Assembly: GCF_964355755.1 (NCBI RefSeq)
Contig: NC_092671.1
Span: 34,482,304-34,546,303 of the forward strand
Origin: Antedon mediterranea
Lineage: Eukaryota; Animalia; Echinodermata
DNA: 64,000 nucleotides
Direction of reading: 5' to 3'
Of this stretch, positions 25,559 through 39,333 are shown one piece after another. Made by a program: the position numbers and the translations under genes. The notes under the pieces were generated by a model that had not been told where the DNA came from, made no database searches, and saw nothing but the letters and a program-made list of their open reading frames with translations. Every line of letters starts with the position of its first letter. The stretch's first letter is position 1.

Positions 25559-27471
25559 AAAAATGTTCATTATTTTGTCCCACGGATATGAGAACATAAG
25601 GGCTATCGGAAAAATATACCACCCTCAACCCTACTCTTAATGAGTGACACTACTGACTAGTTACAGTATGAGGCTCCGTCATAAATCTGCCTAGCAGTGT
25701 AGTGACCTAGGCTAATAGAATGTTACCGTTAACAATCAATTGTTTTACATGATTTCTATAATTTCATATTAGGGATTTGAGGTGTATTTGGAATGTCGGT
25801 TTCTTCTTGATTTGGATAGTCATTTTCACGTACACTTTTTTAAACCGCAAGGCTCAGGCCTACCATGTAAATATGCACATTATTAATAATTGGGTACAAT
25901 CTTATTTCAGGTTATGGCAAATATGATGCGTTTTTATATGGAATTTAACTTTGACTGTATCATACAAGTTACTTCATGACCGTACACGAGAAGAAATAGA
26001 AGAAATCTCCATCAGAGGAGTTAAGTCTGTGGGCTATCGCTACGTCATGAGATTTGAGCGTGTGTTTATTACTTGGAGCATAGTTATATAGGGCTATGGT
26101 ACCACGATGATTTGACATTGCACGAGGATGGATGTGTTGGTGGTAAGATACCTGTTTCTTTATTACTTTGGGAATTCGGGACCCGATTATTTCAAGCAGT
26201 TTCTTGTCTACTGACTACAATAGGCCTACAAGTTTTTCCCACTACACTCTATACATTTTTGTGATTTGTGATGTATTTTTATTTGTATATATATTTCATT
26301 TTCTAAATACGTTGATGCTTTCGGCAAATGTATATATATAATACCTGTTACCTGTTAACGTCGATTGGCATGAAACAGCTCTGCAGTTGATAGACATAAA
26401 ATCTCCTGTGGAACCTTACATAATTTGGTTGCCTCCTTGCCCTATACTCCCCCCTCTTCACCTACCTTCCATCCCCTTAACTGTAAATCATTGCTTTTTC
26501 ATTTCGAATTAAACATTTTATACGAGATAAATTGTATCTTTACCGTCATCCCGTCTACTCTTAAATGATTTTTCGTTTTCATTCATTCTTTAATCTGTGT
26601 ATTTATGTAGACTTATCGACGACAAATCGTGTATATATAAAGGTAATCTTTTGTTTTATGGACAATCTTCGAGGCTATTGTAGTCTTATCAATCATGCGC
26701 CACTAAGCGTAATCTGAAATTCAGATTTAACAAATAAGTTCATGAAATTATTTTCATTCTATATTGGCATAAAGTTTGAATCGCCTGGGTGGCCCCCGAT
26801 ATTCAATAATTTGCTTTTAAGTGCGTTCATGGTTCCCCATCCCGATTTTTGTTTTAAAGAGAGGGTTGTGGATGGAGGCAGAGGTTTAGATTTAGAGTAA
26901 TTTTCCACGCATTTACGTTAAGCGTATCTCTATTAAATACGGTACTTTTAAATATTGTGAAAAAATAAACAATTATGATCTAACGCCAATCACAAATATA
27001 TTAGGCGCATGCGTAGCCTACATGTAATTTGCGACCAATAACATTTAACCAAATGGCCCGTTATGGCTTAGTAATGTGGATAAGTTGGTTTAATGGGCAC
27101 AGATCGCCAACTTTGGGTGGGTGTAGAACCAAGTTAATCGGGTAAATAAAATAAGCTTGAACGGATAAAGGAAGTTTTGCTATTGGAATCAGTTAAGTTA
27201 AGGTGGGATGAACTTAAGAAAATATTTGTTTTTATACACACTACTGTATTTCTTAAATGTATTTTGTTGTCTATTTATTATTCGGTGATAGAACAGTATA
27301 CTTGATATGTACATTGTGGGAATAATCAACTTAATTTTTATGATTAAATTAGCACCATGCACAATGCGCTTCTTTTGTTTCATTTCTGAAGAAGAATTGG
27401 CGCATAGACACGCGTGGTGCGTCGTAAATTAATTTTCCTGAGCCGGACCAGAGCAAGTGTGAAAGACATTT

Positions 27472-27574
27472 AAGCTTAACGTAACGACGACGTAGGCGCA
27501 ACGCAAGTGAGTTGACCAATCACAGCAGTACTTGCGATGTGCTTCGTTGTGTTGCAAGTGGGAACTGAGCTTTA
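27472..27574. mobile_element. Internally deleted family B MITE
   Basis: gcgcaacgcaagtgagttgaccaatcac ... agtgggaactgagcttta. Confidence 0.65.
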
Positions 27575-28354
27575 TAGAATACGAAATAAATTACCGAATG
27601 CAGCAAAGTTCTAAACTAATAAACTGGTCCAAAAACATTTTCCGCAAAATAAATTTAGCATAGCCGAATGGTAAAGTTTAAAAATGCCCTAAATTAGTAG
27701 GAGGAGTACCGTAACAAATGTCAGGTTAGTGACAAATAAGACAGATATGTTCATCCTAAAGGTATGGTCGATCGTCGCACACAATTAGGCCTATTATATC
27801 TGGAGTGACGGATGTCTTCTTTGATATTGATTTTTATATTTGAGCACCTGACATCAGTTTTAGGCCTACCAAATAAAAAATCTTGTTCACGCACATCATC
27901 ACAAACAACTCCAGTTAATGCGTTTGCGTAAACTTAAAGATGCACAGCGCATTTCTAGTTCTGCATAATGTCTTGCAAACTGCGCATAACGCACGTACAA
28001 TGTGATATTTTGCATATGATAATTAAAGGAAATAAATATATACACAGGAAACCACAGGAACATCTAAAAAGAAAGAATAGTTTATGTATAACTGTGTTTG
28101 AATATCGTGACGTCGGAATACGTATTTAAAGGTTTAGCACTTTATTCATTCTGGTATCGTCTTTTGTGTAGCTTTGAATAGAGGTTTTAAGAGAACAAAA
28201 ACTTTGTCTATTTCTAACCATATTCAGTATAATTTTAGCGCAAATTCGCCACGGACCGTTGCGCTTATAAAGCTATTATACGCCTCATGAATTGGTATGC
28301 CATTCAGTTAGACGTCAACCGCCTAGAAGTTATTTCTGTTCTCCATACAATTTA

Positions 28355-28650
28355 CGATGGTTAAAAATAACCATCAATGCACACAATGAAAAATTACTCT
28401 TTTGCGTAAGCCTTAGAAATCGGGGACGACGAGTAATTTGCTAGCGAGGTGGAGGGGTCAATACGTCGTACAGCCTATTGGTTCGCTGTTCTGTCTGACG
28501 TTCATTTATCGCATCGATATGCGATTCTACTCCGAGCAGTATTATCGTTTGGCTGAGTTGTGACGTCATTGTTTGTGGTAGCTTATTGGTTGATGGCCAA
28601 ATGACGTGCATTGCTTTTACATCTCTCTTATAGGTAGCTTTATTCGAATC
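28355..28650 (+). promoter_or_regulatory. Putative main NR4A immediate-early promoter
   Basis: MEF2-type TTAAAAATAA 28361, TTGCGTAA 28402, ATTGG 28477 and 28585, TGACGT 28496 and 28602, TGACGTCA 28561, TATA-like CTTATA 28627, Inr-like TCATTT 28649. Confidence 0.6.
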
Positions 28651-28848
28651 ATTTCGCAGTTGTAGTTTGTATTTGCAGATGTTTGCTTGGTCTGCCGTTT
28701 ACCATCGAACTGTGCTTGTGAAAAACTATACATTATTGCTTGTCTATGTGTTGTGCAATTAATAAATCAGGGATATTTTAGCTGATTTTCTCAAATTTAT
28801 GTACTTAAATCGTAGCTCGCATTCGTCCGCTGTTGACGCATCTCATAG
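28650..28848 (+). other. NR4A: Candidate NR4A 5' UTR exon
   Basis: Follows the CRE/CCAAT promoter and ends at the consensus donor TAG|GTGAGT (28849). Start is approximate. Confidence 0.5.
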
Positions 28849-31800
28849 GTGAGTGTTTCAGTGACTGCCCTTATATATTTTTTTCACTTCCGATATTCAT
28901 TTGAATTTGCATCCAGGTGGTGGATCGCATTTTTATAGGCCTACTACAATTGCTGATCTGCCTTGAATGTTTATTTTTTGTTTGTAATTTGGTAAATCGT
29001 GCAACTTTAATATTTGAATAATATTTAACGTCACTCAGCATGTTTTATTAATTTGATTTTAAATGTTAATGCAATTTATTAGTAGATCTAGGCCTATACA
29101 ATTCATACATCTCGTACGTCGAAAATACAAGTAAACTTTCATATGCTATCTATTTTATTTTAATGTATGTGTCTATTTGTAGAGGCGCCCTTACTTACTG
29201 TGCCGCCGCGCACATCTTCAGACACTCTTCAGAGTGAGCGCAACCTCGTACTATTTGGAACCCGGATTTAGAACACATTTAGTTATTTTCAGTTATTTCT
29301 TCTTTTATAGTCTGTTTACCGTATTATAATATCTTGTTTTATATCATTTTATAATATTATGAGTTGTCCTTAATGTTTTTTGGTTTGGGTTTGATAAACT
29401 TTATCGTCTGACGTTTGAAGACGTCGTCGAATCGCTATTGATTAATCAGATGACGTCACGCGAACAGACGGCATACCGTAATGCGAAGGCAAAGACGCAT
29501 GATGATGCGTTCGAGTCTCTTAATATCGAAATTAAACTAAATAATCATCATCATCCATTACAGTGCAGTAGCCTCGCAGCGGAGATTTTAAGAGGGGTAA
29601 GCAGACAATGCAGGCCTAGGCTTAGTAACATATATTTTGCTCGGCCTGGGCAATCGAATAGCTTAAACTGTTACATATTATTTTATTTTTTTTTTCGAAC
29701 CTCAAATATATTTGAAATTGGAGACATTTTTTATTTCGCTCTCAATTATTGACAGTAAGCTAAGGATATGTATCTGTTTATGTAAACATTTTTAGAATGC
29801 AATTTTAACTTGTTTATCATATTACAATCATATCTGATGTAAATAGTAAATATTGTATTTCTTTATTTTAAGTAACTTACGTTGTTATTGTCTATTGATT
29901 CCTATTTCTATTTAAAGGATACAAACATTTCTATCCATTAACCCGGAGTCCGTAATCGTGTTTCTAAACTTTTGATTTCATCTTACTAGCCTAAATTAAT
30001 TTATACCATATGTATTAGATAGTTACAGATAATTGCTAGATCGACCATAATTATATTCCAGTAATTAATGCGCATGCGTAAACAACCCTAAGTTAGTCTA
30101 GAATAGAATAATATGAGTTGTCGATTGTTGTAGGCCAATACATCCTTCTCTTTATTTATATATTTCAATAGCGAACTTTCGATTATGGACGGTAGACGAA
30201 ACTCGATCAAATAATCTATAATGAACGGTGTACGCATGCGCAACAAAATCACTGTCTATCGTCCTAAAACGAAAAATCGTTATCATCTGACGCTCAAATT
30301 ACATAATTTGAAAAATTTGGAGATTATTATTATCATTGTAATTGTTATTTATGCTATAGTTCTATTTCAATTTGGTAACTATGTACACAATTTATGGATT
30401 TTCTTTCAAACGTTGAAATGTCAGCATTGAATTATTAGAAACTCGTTTTCATTTCTAAGTAAACAAAAAAGTATAATCTATACAAATTATGTGTTAGAAC
30501 ATTATCAAAGGCTAATAACTACGTTTACCATCAGTGTTCGTCAGTAACACAATTTTTATGCGCGTGTACAAAGACCCGTGAGCGTAAAAAAACGCGACTG
30601 TACAAAACCATGTGCGTTCAAATCTGTGCGCGTACAAAGGTCGTAGTCGTGTGCGTCCAAAAAAACATCTGCGTACACAATCCGTACGCGTAAAAATTCC
30701 GAACGCGTACAAAAGTCAAGCGCGTACAAAAGCTAATAAAATTTATATTATCAGTATTTGAACGCGCGCGTCCCGTAATTGTGCCATGGTAGTTCATTGT
30801 TTTCCATTCTAAGTAGTTCAGATGAGTGTTTTAGTATTTGATTAATAGGGTTAGTATTTATTGAAATTTAAATAAAATCTAACCAAGGCAGTTAAAAAAA
30901 TAACCTACGTGAAAACCCATCAATTTTTCTATCACATAAAATTATCTGTGATTTATTATAATATACATTCACAATTTCATTTCCTAACTGTTATCAAAAT
31001 GAGAACGCGATGTACATAGATAGACTCATGTTTCATTGCGTGGGAGTTGCGTCTTGGACTAAATTATTGATAGAATTAGTGCTTTGAATGTTGATCATAA
31101 TACTGGTGAAAATGATTCTTTATATCGATGACCAATAGGAGGGCCTAATGATGATTTTGATTGTTTGATAGAGGGCCAGTCAAAATACGTCATAAAACAA
31201 TGAAGCGCAACCATAAATTAATTCTGTTTAGACCATGATTTAAAAGGTTTATCTTCATTAAATATGAAAAATGATGAAAAAATAATTCGAATTGCGTATA
31301 AAAATAATGCAGATCGAAAACGAATCAGTTTTAGTCAATTTACGATTTATTTTTGCTTTTATTGAAAGTAAATAACCGAGAAAAAAAAATCTAACAAAAG
31401 TAATACATATCAGAACACAAATACAATGCAGATTTTAAATAATAAATATTTATAATTGTATTGTAATTCGTACACATTATTTAATCTCTCTTTATTCACC
31501 TTGAGAATTGTATTCAATTATTGTAGTTTTATTACGTAAAATATATACATATTTTAATTTATTGGTTGAATTTATGAATATAATACAATATATTGTGTCT
31601 ATATTCTCAGTGAATGGCATGTAAAAATAGAGTAAGAACTGAAATCCATTGTTATTACATCTGTTCTTAGCTACAATCAAGGCAATTTAGTAATATAATT
31701 TTTATTGTCTCATTTGATTGTTGGCATTAAATTTGGAAATATATATATAACGTATACATCAATGATTGGGTGGATAGCGTAGAAATGTTACTCCATATGG

Positions 31801-31986
31801 GCTTAGAAAACGTCAATGAACAATATGGATAGTCTGCCCACGTTCACATTCCAACAGCACACATTACTATATGTTTAGATAGTGCCTGCCAGAGTATGTT
31901 GATGGTACGAGTATATTTTGGACTTTCATCACCTCATGTGCGTTGACGCAAGCATGGCCTTTAACGCTTGGGCGTCACTGTGCGTT

Positions 31987-32150
31987 TAAGATTGGTTCCC
32001 ACTAGGACGCAACCCAAGGACGTAAGTTCAACGCAAGCAAGTGAGTTAAAATGACAAGAGACGATTCGAATAATCCATCGCTTGTGATTGGTCAAATTAC
32101 TTGCGTTGCGCTTACGTCCTTGCGTTACTTCCTTGTGGGAATCAAGGTTT
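31987..32150. mobile_element. MITE family B, near-complete copy
   Basis: TTGGTTCCCAC ... GTGGGAATCAA termini, long internal inverted arms (caaggacgtaag..caacgcaag / cttgcgttgcgcttacgtccttg). Confidence 0.8.
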
Positions 32151-33160
32151 ACGCCGTGTGCATTGACGCAAATATGTGAACGTACTGGCAGGGGAAAATG
32201 TTATAGATTGACGACTTATATTGCGTCTACCACTTAACGTAGACTCGAACCAAACATGTCCGATTAAACAGGATGTATTTTAAGGCCATGATTGCATGCA
32301 ACGTTGGTGTCACCTTCCTACACCTGGACCGGTAAAGATTAAATAATAGGGGAAAACATCTAATGCGATACAGTTCCGATATGGACACTTTGAATTTAGT
32401 GATATTCCGTTATTCGGTATCAAATCCGGTTGTGATTGAGTCGAACCGGATATAATATATTCTTGTATTTCGTTCACCCGATAACGATAACGGATACATA
32501 AAAGCGTGCTAATATCCTATCTTTATCAGCCCATGTACCGTACTTTTCAACAGCAAAATATCGTTATCGTTATCAATTTGGGTGTGGTTTACCTGACGAT
32601 TTGAAGCTTTATTGAGCTGGTTGAACCTCAGCCGATAACGATAATTACAGTCCGATTTGTTTAAAGCAATTATATCAGACCTAACAAAATATTAGCTCAT
32701 TAATTTGAGATGCGCATTATTGTCAGAAAGTTAAATCGATTGCGCGTCAGAAATACAGCAATGTCCGTCACGAGATATCGTAGTGTACGTAATGAATATC
32801 GGCGAACAAGCCCCCTACCAACTCGGGTCTATTCATTCGTATTGTCGCCTTATCAATACTAAAGGAGTAATCATTTACTGCGAGTATAGCTCTGACGTAG
32901 GCAACCAACATATATTTGCGAAATACGCAAGCTATGATCGGTTCACGAAACAAGAGATGGGAAGCCACGATCTATTACGTAGAATGGTTTATTATTAGAA
33001 TTTCAACGACGTAGGAGACATGCGCGTTGGAGAGTATTTATATTCATACCAGGCAAATGGTTGCTGACTGTTTGCGTCACAGCTGAACACAAGCACTGCA
33101 GGCGATGCAGTCAATGGTAAATCGTACAGCTATTACGTGTACGCATGTTAATCTTTGCAG

Positions 33161-33339
33161 GCGATTGTTTCTCTTAGCTTTTCATTGAGTCAGTCTAGCT
33201 CGTCTTTGCCGCTTACTGTTGTACTTCGGCCTGTCTCCTGAATTTACCAGGGGTGTCAGTTCAGGATCTTGGATTTTTATTTTTATTTTGGATTTTCCTT
33301 CTTGATGGTTTATTCCATGAGGCATTATTCTTTTCCCAG
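33161..33339 (+). other. NR4A: Candidate NR4A 5' UTR exon (internal, or 3' part of an alternative first exon)
   Basis: Acceptor tctttgcag| at 33160, perfect donor CAG|GTAAGT at 33340. TATTTATA at 33035 could be a TATA box. Confidence 0.45.
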
Positions 33340-35141
33340 GTAAGTTCGTAGAAACACTTTAGTTTTGGCACTATTTCATCCTTATCATTATTCTTCTATC
33401 GATTCGTATCGATATCGAAGACTGGGAACCGGAATTGAAAAAGATACCCAAACTTTTACCGGTCGTTGGTTCGTTCCTTTCAATACTATCAATGGTGTCT
33501 GTCGTTCATTGCGTCCTTCTGTAGTACCTGCCCTACAGTAATTACATATTGACTTCTTCAACATTCGACTTTATATGAATGGATGTCTAGTTGGTATCAG
33601 ACCATAGAGATAGAACATTTTTATTTTTACCTTCATGATTTTACTTTTTACACCGTTTGGTTTTTGTTTGTTTGTTTTTTTTTTCTGAATTACACCAATT
33701 ACTGTATCATCAGCTCGCTGTTGCTTCCTCTGTCACCAAACTTTCTGTATCTCCATAATCTGACTTGACCGTCGGTGCATTATATTTACGTTTTTTAATT
33801 TATAGGCCTATTCGTATATATTGTGCAAACGCATCGTGTTGTAGGCCTAAGTGCAATATTTTATTAGCGAATTTGGCATCGAAAATAGTAACTATTATAC
33901 TGCATCTCCGCACGTTTTGTTGCCAATCGGAACATCGAACGAAACCATGGTTTAGGCATATGTGCCACCCAGCCTGCTCGGCCTATACTTACTTTCTTGA
34001 ATAAAACTCCCCGATCAGCCTAAATCAACCTGCTTAACTAAGCATCTATCTCTTTTGGCGCCCCTAGTATGAAACTAATATACTATATCAGTTTGTGTGA
34101 TGGTCTATTACACTGACGCAGTTGCATTAGCGACAACGTCATACAAAGCGTAAATTGGTTTTTCACTCATGCACAAACACAACTGTACAAAAACAAACCT
34201 GCTTTTCCATTACTGCCCTGATTATATACAAAGTTTTAGACGCATTCTTTTCGGATAAAACGCATTTCACAGATTCGCATTACATTTTACAATGCGATTA
34301 AGTTTATTTAATTAATTCAGATTTATTGTAAAATTTGTTGTCAAGAGACCAAATGCGAACATTTTTCAATTTAAAATTACACCAATAAAATTAACAAATG
34401 TGGTTAAAATGTTAGAATATAATTAATTAAAAATATAAAATATATATTCGATTACCTTCTGAAACTTTGCTTTGTCGTACTGCATTTGGAAGAAAAGAAT
34501 CATCATGTCGCTTTGTAGTTAGTTTTACCAACAACTATAGACTATTGGTTGTGCATAAGCCTAAACAAAAATTAAGTTGCTTAGTATATATCTTAATCTC
34601 ATACTTGGTTTCATGCAGTTTACCTGCCATCATATATAGTAGCAAATGTATTGATATACAGTAACTCTGATTCATAATAAATTCGGTATCGGGTTTTTTT
34701 TTTTATAGAATATAATGCAATTAATTCAAAATCATAATTATAACTTATAATTAGTCAAGATCTCGGCTCTTCAAAGTTATATAGATCATCAACAGATGTC
34801 TGTACAAATATGCAAAGCTTACAATATGGAGTTTCTATAATATAAATTAATGATTCCTATATTTAATTCAATATCTTTACCACTTTCGATCGATCAAAGA
34901 CCTTTTTTTACAGCAGCTTATTCCCCCGGTGCTTAGATGTCTACCAGCTAAAATAAACAGGCACCAATACTATGTACCATAAGCCACCCAAGGTTTAGCT
35001 GTTTTAATGTTGCATATTGTGACACTCGCGAGCATGCGTAATTATCCGCGTCAGAAACCAATTAACATATTATGCTTAAATATTATATATTTCAGAACGC
35101 CGGAAACTCCGACCGAAACATTAAACCAAGCGTCATCGATC

Positions 35142-35217
35142 ATGCTGGTGGGTATGCAGTCAGCCTACTCCTCTGGATTTTTCAGTCAAGCTCAGTTCGG
35201 AAGCGATAGCATGCAAG
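35142..35217 (+). CDS. NR4A: NR4A nuclear receptor, coding exon 1 (exon starts 35096)
   Basis: Acceptor tatatttcag| at 35095. MLVGMQSAYSSGFFSQAQFGSDSMQ resembles the vertebrate NR4A N-terminal QAQYGS motif. Donor AG|GTAGGA, phase 1, fits the next exon. Confidence 0.75.
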
Positions 35218-35579
35218 GTAGGATTTTCTTACAAGTTGTTTATTCTGCTTGTCTGTCTGTTAGTAAGTAATATGTTATTCGATTATCATCGATTATCGTT
35301 GCTACAAATATAGCATTAGTTTTAGGCAACATCCATGATACAGAATTTGTTTTTAGATGCAATATCGTACGGTATCGATTCATACTAAAGACATTTACCG
35401 AATGTTCTGCAAGTGCAGCTACTCAAACCTTATGTTTACATCACAAATGTATTTTTTATTGAATCAATATCATCATACAAAACTGTTTTATGTCCCAATG
35501 CGCATGACCCAGCATCCGCATAATTCCATTCACATTTAATGTGACTAAGGTTTTTCTTTCCTTATTTTTATTTTTACAG

Positions 35580-36538
35580 ATGAAGCCATTCCAAGGCAAA
35601 GTTTATCTTGTACATGTATTTACGGTAGTCCATCGACCAACTGTTGTCCAAGTGCAAACGTCACCTCAGTGACATCACAACATCAGATGCAGACGTCACA
35701 ATACTATGGTTCAATCGATGTTTTTTCTGACCGAATGCTACCGAGTTTCGCCGACACATACGGTCAACAATTTGTTCCAAATTTTGAATCGGAAAATAGC
35801 AGCCAACAACAATACCAGAGTTCGTCAGACGAATCCTTGTCGATGCATTCGTCGGTTTCTGGAGCCATTTGTATAGACGCGTATCCGCAATCTGCCTTCT
35901 TGGACGCGGATCAGCAACCAGTGTCGTCTGCGTACAGTGTTACGTCACCACAACAACAGACAATATCAAATAGTATGAAACATTTAACCCAGACGCCGCC
36001 ACCAACGCCGTCCTTTCCGAACTCAAACATTAATCAGAAATTTCCGTTTGGCGGACAACCAAAAAGTCCCCAGAATTCTTACACAGAGATGAATTCTCCT
36101 GTGCATTTTACTCACGATCCATTAACACCACCCCCTTCTTTCGTATCAATGGAATCGGTACCATTTCAACACGATAGCAACGAAATTGAAACACCGACAT
36201 CAATGAATATTGCCTGGGCTAACGTCGGCATGGATTACCCTCAACATTCTTCATTCCAAGACGTTCCGTCGACGACGTCGTGTACGTTCTCCAAACAACA
36301 TTACCAGTGTCCATCTACATTACAATCATCGATGCCGTCAAGGAATACCAACGAACGGCCGTCGGTGCTCGCGTCGTCATCGAAACTAAGTCCGATATCG
36401 ACGTCTTCTATTGGTAGCAGTGGCACTACATCACCACATAGACCGCAACAAGACGGTATGTGTGCAGTGTGCGGAGATAGTGCAGCTTGTCAACATTACG
36501 GTGTTAGAACATGTGAAGGATGTAAAGGCTTCTTTAAG
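35580..36538 (+). CDS. NR4A: NR4A coding exon 2 (A/B domain and first zinc finger)
   Basis: Acceptor tttttacag|. Open frame ends [26 protein letters not shown]|gtaaat. Confidence 0.93.
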
Positions 36539-36782
36539 GTAAATAACTTATTAAATCATTTTAAAATGTCCCTGATAAAATATGTCTTGCAGAAACTGTT
36601 CGCGGTGGTGAGACATGTTCCACTTGACATCTAATTTCTATTTTTCCCGCCATATAAAACATACCTACAGCGCGCCAAGTATCAGACATACATTTGTGAC
36701 ATGTACACACATACATAAGCATTTTCATGTACGCAATTTCTCACATTGATTAGCATTTTCAACAAATCATTGTTTCTTTTAG

Positions 36783-36974
<192 letters not shown>

Positions 36975-37492
36975 TGATTTTAAGTTATCGTCTGAATTGG
37001 AACAGACGATAAAACCATGAATATACGGAAATGTACAGATCTGATTCTGTAATCAGATACCACGCGCAATATATAATCAATCATTTTTACCTTCGTAGGG
37101 AATTGCGCGCGTTAACGTTACACTTTAGCGTAGCATAGAGGTGAAGCAGGGCAAACAAAATCCACTCAGATGATATAATATAACAAAATAAAATTAACAT
37201 ATAACATATATCTGGAAAATTATATAAGAGTTGCGATAAAACAGTAAAGCTAAAGCAAAAATTTGAATTTTTTGTTATTCTTGCATAATAACCATTTAAT
37301 GAGGGCAATTGATAGCTAATATAATTTGGATGTTGTTGTAATTTTACTATTTCATTTTCATACTATGAATTCTCCATGTGTCAGTATAGTCGCAGTTCAT
37401 TGAGTGTGTATATTTATACACATATATTTAAGTATAGCAAAAACTTCAAATTTAGCACAGGAAAATCTTGTTTTGATATGTTTCCTATTTAA

Positions 37493-37667
37493 GCGTAAAC
37501 ATATCTGACGCCCGCGTACACATATCTGACGCCCGCGTACACATATCTGATGCCCGCGTACACATATCTGACGCCCGCGTACACATATCTGACGCCCGCG
37601 TACACATATCTGACGCCCGCGTACACATATCTGACGCCCGCGTACACATATCTGACGCCCGCGTACA
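37493..37667. repeat. 21-bp minisatellite (GCGTACACATATCTGACGCCC) x ~8 in an NR4A intron
   Basis: Near-perfect head-to-tail units. Confidence 0.95.
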
Positions 37668-37847
37668 TCAATACGTACAATGCAATATTATTAGACCGTA
37701 TGTGTGTACGCGCGCGTACACACATGTACCAGGTTATCAACGTTTACACGCGCGCGTCGTTTGTTTCCTTATTATGTTTATATTATGTCACTGAACGATT
37801 GTTCATGTTGTCTTGTATTGAAACAAATTGTATGTGTTTATTTTCAG

Positions 37848-38008
37848 TTGTAAGGACTAATGATTTAAAAGGAAGGCGAGGAAGGCTACCTACCAAACCT
37901 CGAAGCCCGGATGTAGCGCCTCCTTCACCACCGGTCAGCCTTATAACCGCTTTAGTGCGAGCCCACGTAGACTCTTCTCCAGCTAAAGCCGACTTCAATT
38001 ATGACCAG
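37848..38008 (+). CDS. NR4A: NR4A coding exon 4 (T/A box, hinge, helix 1)
   Basis: [18 protein letters not shown]...[21 protein letters not shown]. Borders ttttcag| and CAG|gtacgc. Confidence 0.96.
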
Positions 38009-38374
38009 GTACGCGTCTTAAATGATATGCGTCATCAGCCACCGTGAAATCTCATTAAAGTAATGTTTTAGATATTGACGTCACGTCACGTCATAAGACA
38101 GTTAAATGGATCGTGTTGGTATTCATCGTGATTATTAGCTGAGTACCGAATTCAACGTCATCACCTGGAGATATTTAAATACTCGCATGATTAAAAACAG
38201 TTCTATGTCATGCAGATACATCACGAATAACAATGTGTGTTAATAATTTTAATTTATAATGCTATTTTGATTATTTTGGCCTACTCCAAAAAGGTTTTTT
38301 TTACTAAATATTTTTAATGACAATTCGAATGTAAAATCGCATGATGAAATAATAATAAATTTTGTTTTTTACAG

Positions 38375-38577
38375 TTTGAATTACCTGAGACGTCATGTAC
38401 TGTGCCGGTTTTTGGTGAACAAGTAAAGCAATTCTACAGTCATCTGTGTTCCTCTCTTGACGTCATTAGAATATGGGCACGAAAGATACCAGGGTTCACA
38501 GATCTTTGCCTGGAAGATCAGGAATTACTACTGAAAGCTGCAAGCTTCGAATTATTCATACTCAAAATTGCACAAAG
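38375..38577 (+). CDS. NR4A: NR4A coding exon 5 (LBD helices 3-5); not in the ORF track
   Basis: Hand translation [68 protein letters not shown]. Borders ttttacag| and AG|gtaagc. Confidence 0.94.
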
Positions 38578-38977
38578 GTAAGCACATTTTCGCTCACCTT
38601 TAAATAAAAATAGTACTCTCAGTTCCTTCAAATTGAAATACCAATGTGACGTTCACGCCTTTTGTACGCGCGTACGTAAACTCTATGACTGTTTTCACCG
38701 GACGATATATTACTCTTAAGTTCCTTCAAATTGAAATAACAATATAATTTAGAAGACGATTTGTTTTAGAGGCCTACATTAACAAATTTGGGTTGAAAAC
38801 GGCAACGAAAACACCAGCGTTCAAATGCTAATAATTGTTAAAAGGCATTTTGTACGCGTTACAAAATACCTTCAACAATTATCGTAAATGCTATGACTCT
38901 TTGTTTTCACCGATAGAAGATAATATCATTAGAGTTTCAAAGTTTATTGATAACACTGTGATAATTTCTTTGAACAG

Positions 38978-39156
38978 AATGAACCCAGATGATGATTTTC
39001 TAGTTTTTTGTCATGGAAATGTGCTGCACAAGAAACAATGTCAGCAGGCGTTTGGTCCGTGGTTAGATGAAATCAGACAATTCTCAAGAACTCTTCACAG
39101 TCTAGAAATTGACATTTCATCTTTCTCATGCCTCTGTGCTCTCGTCTTAGTAACAG
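38978..39156 (+). CDS. NR4A: NR4A coding exon 6 (LBD)
   Basis: MNPDDDFLVFCHGNVLHKKQCQQAFGPWLDEIRQFSRTLHSLEIDISSFSCLCALVLVT. Borders aacag| and G|gtatgt. Confidence 0.95.
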
Positions 39157-39333
39157 GTATGTATTCATTCCTTTAAGTGCAAACGACAACCATAGCATGA
39201 CGTGTCTTGCCTTGAATCTGCCATCTCGTCTGATTCTGTTACTTGCTTAATGCGTTTATAACGGCGCTCCATACATTTTTTCTCGTTTTGTGTCAAAATT
39301 GTTCTTTTGTAACTCGATTTCTTTTAATTGTAG

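Noticed and set aside
37489-37847. ORFs with (YAGVRYV)n and (TPAYTYL)n repeats
   Set aside because: Artefacts of the 21-bp intronic minisatellite. The real exon starts at the acceptor before 37848.
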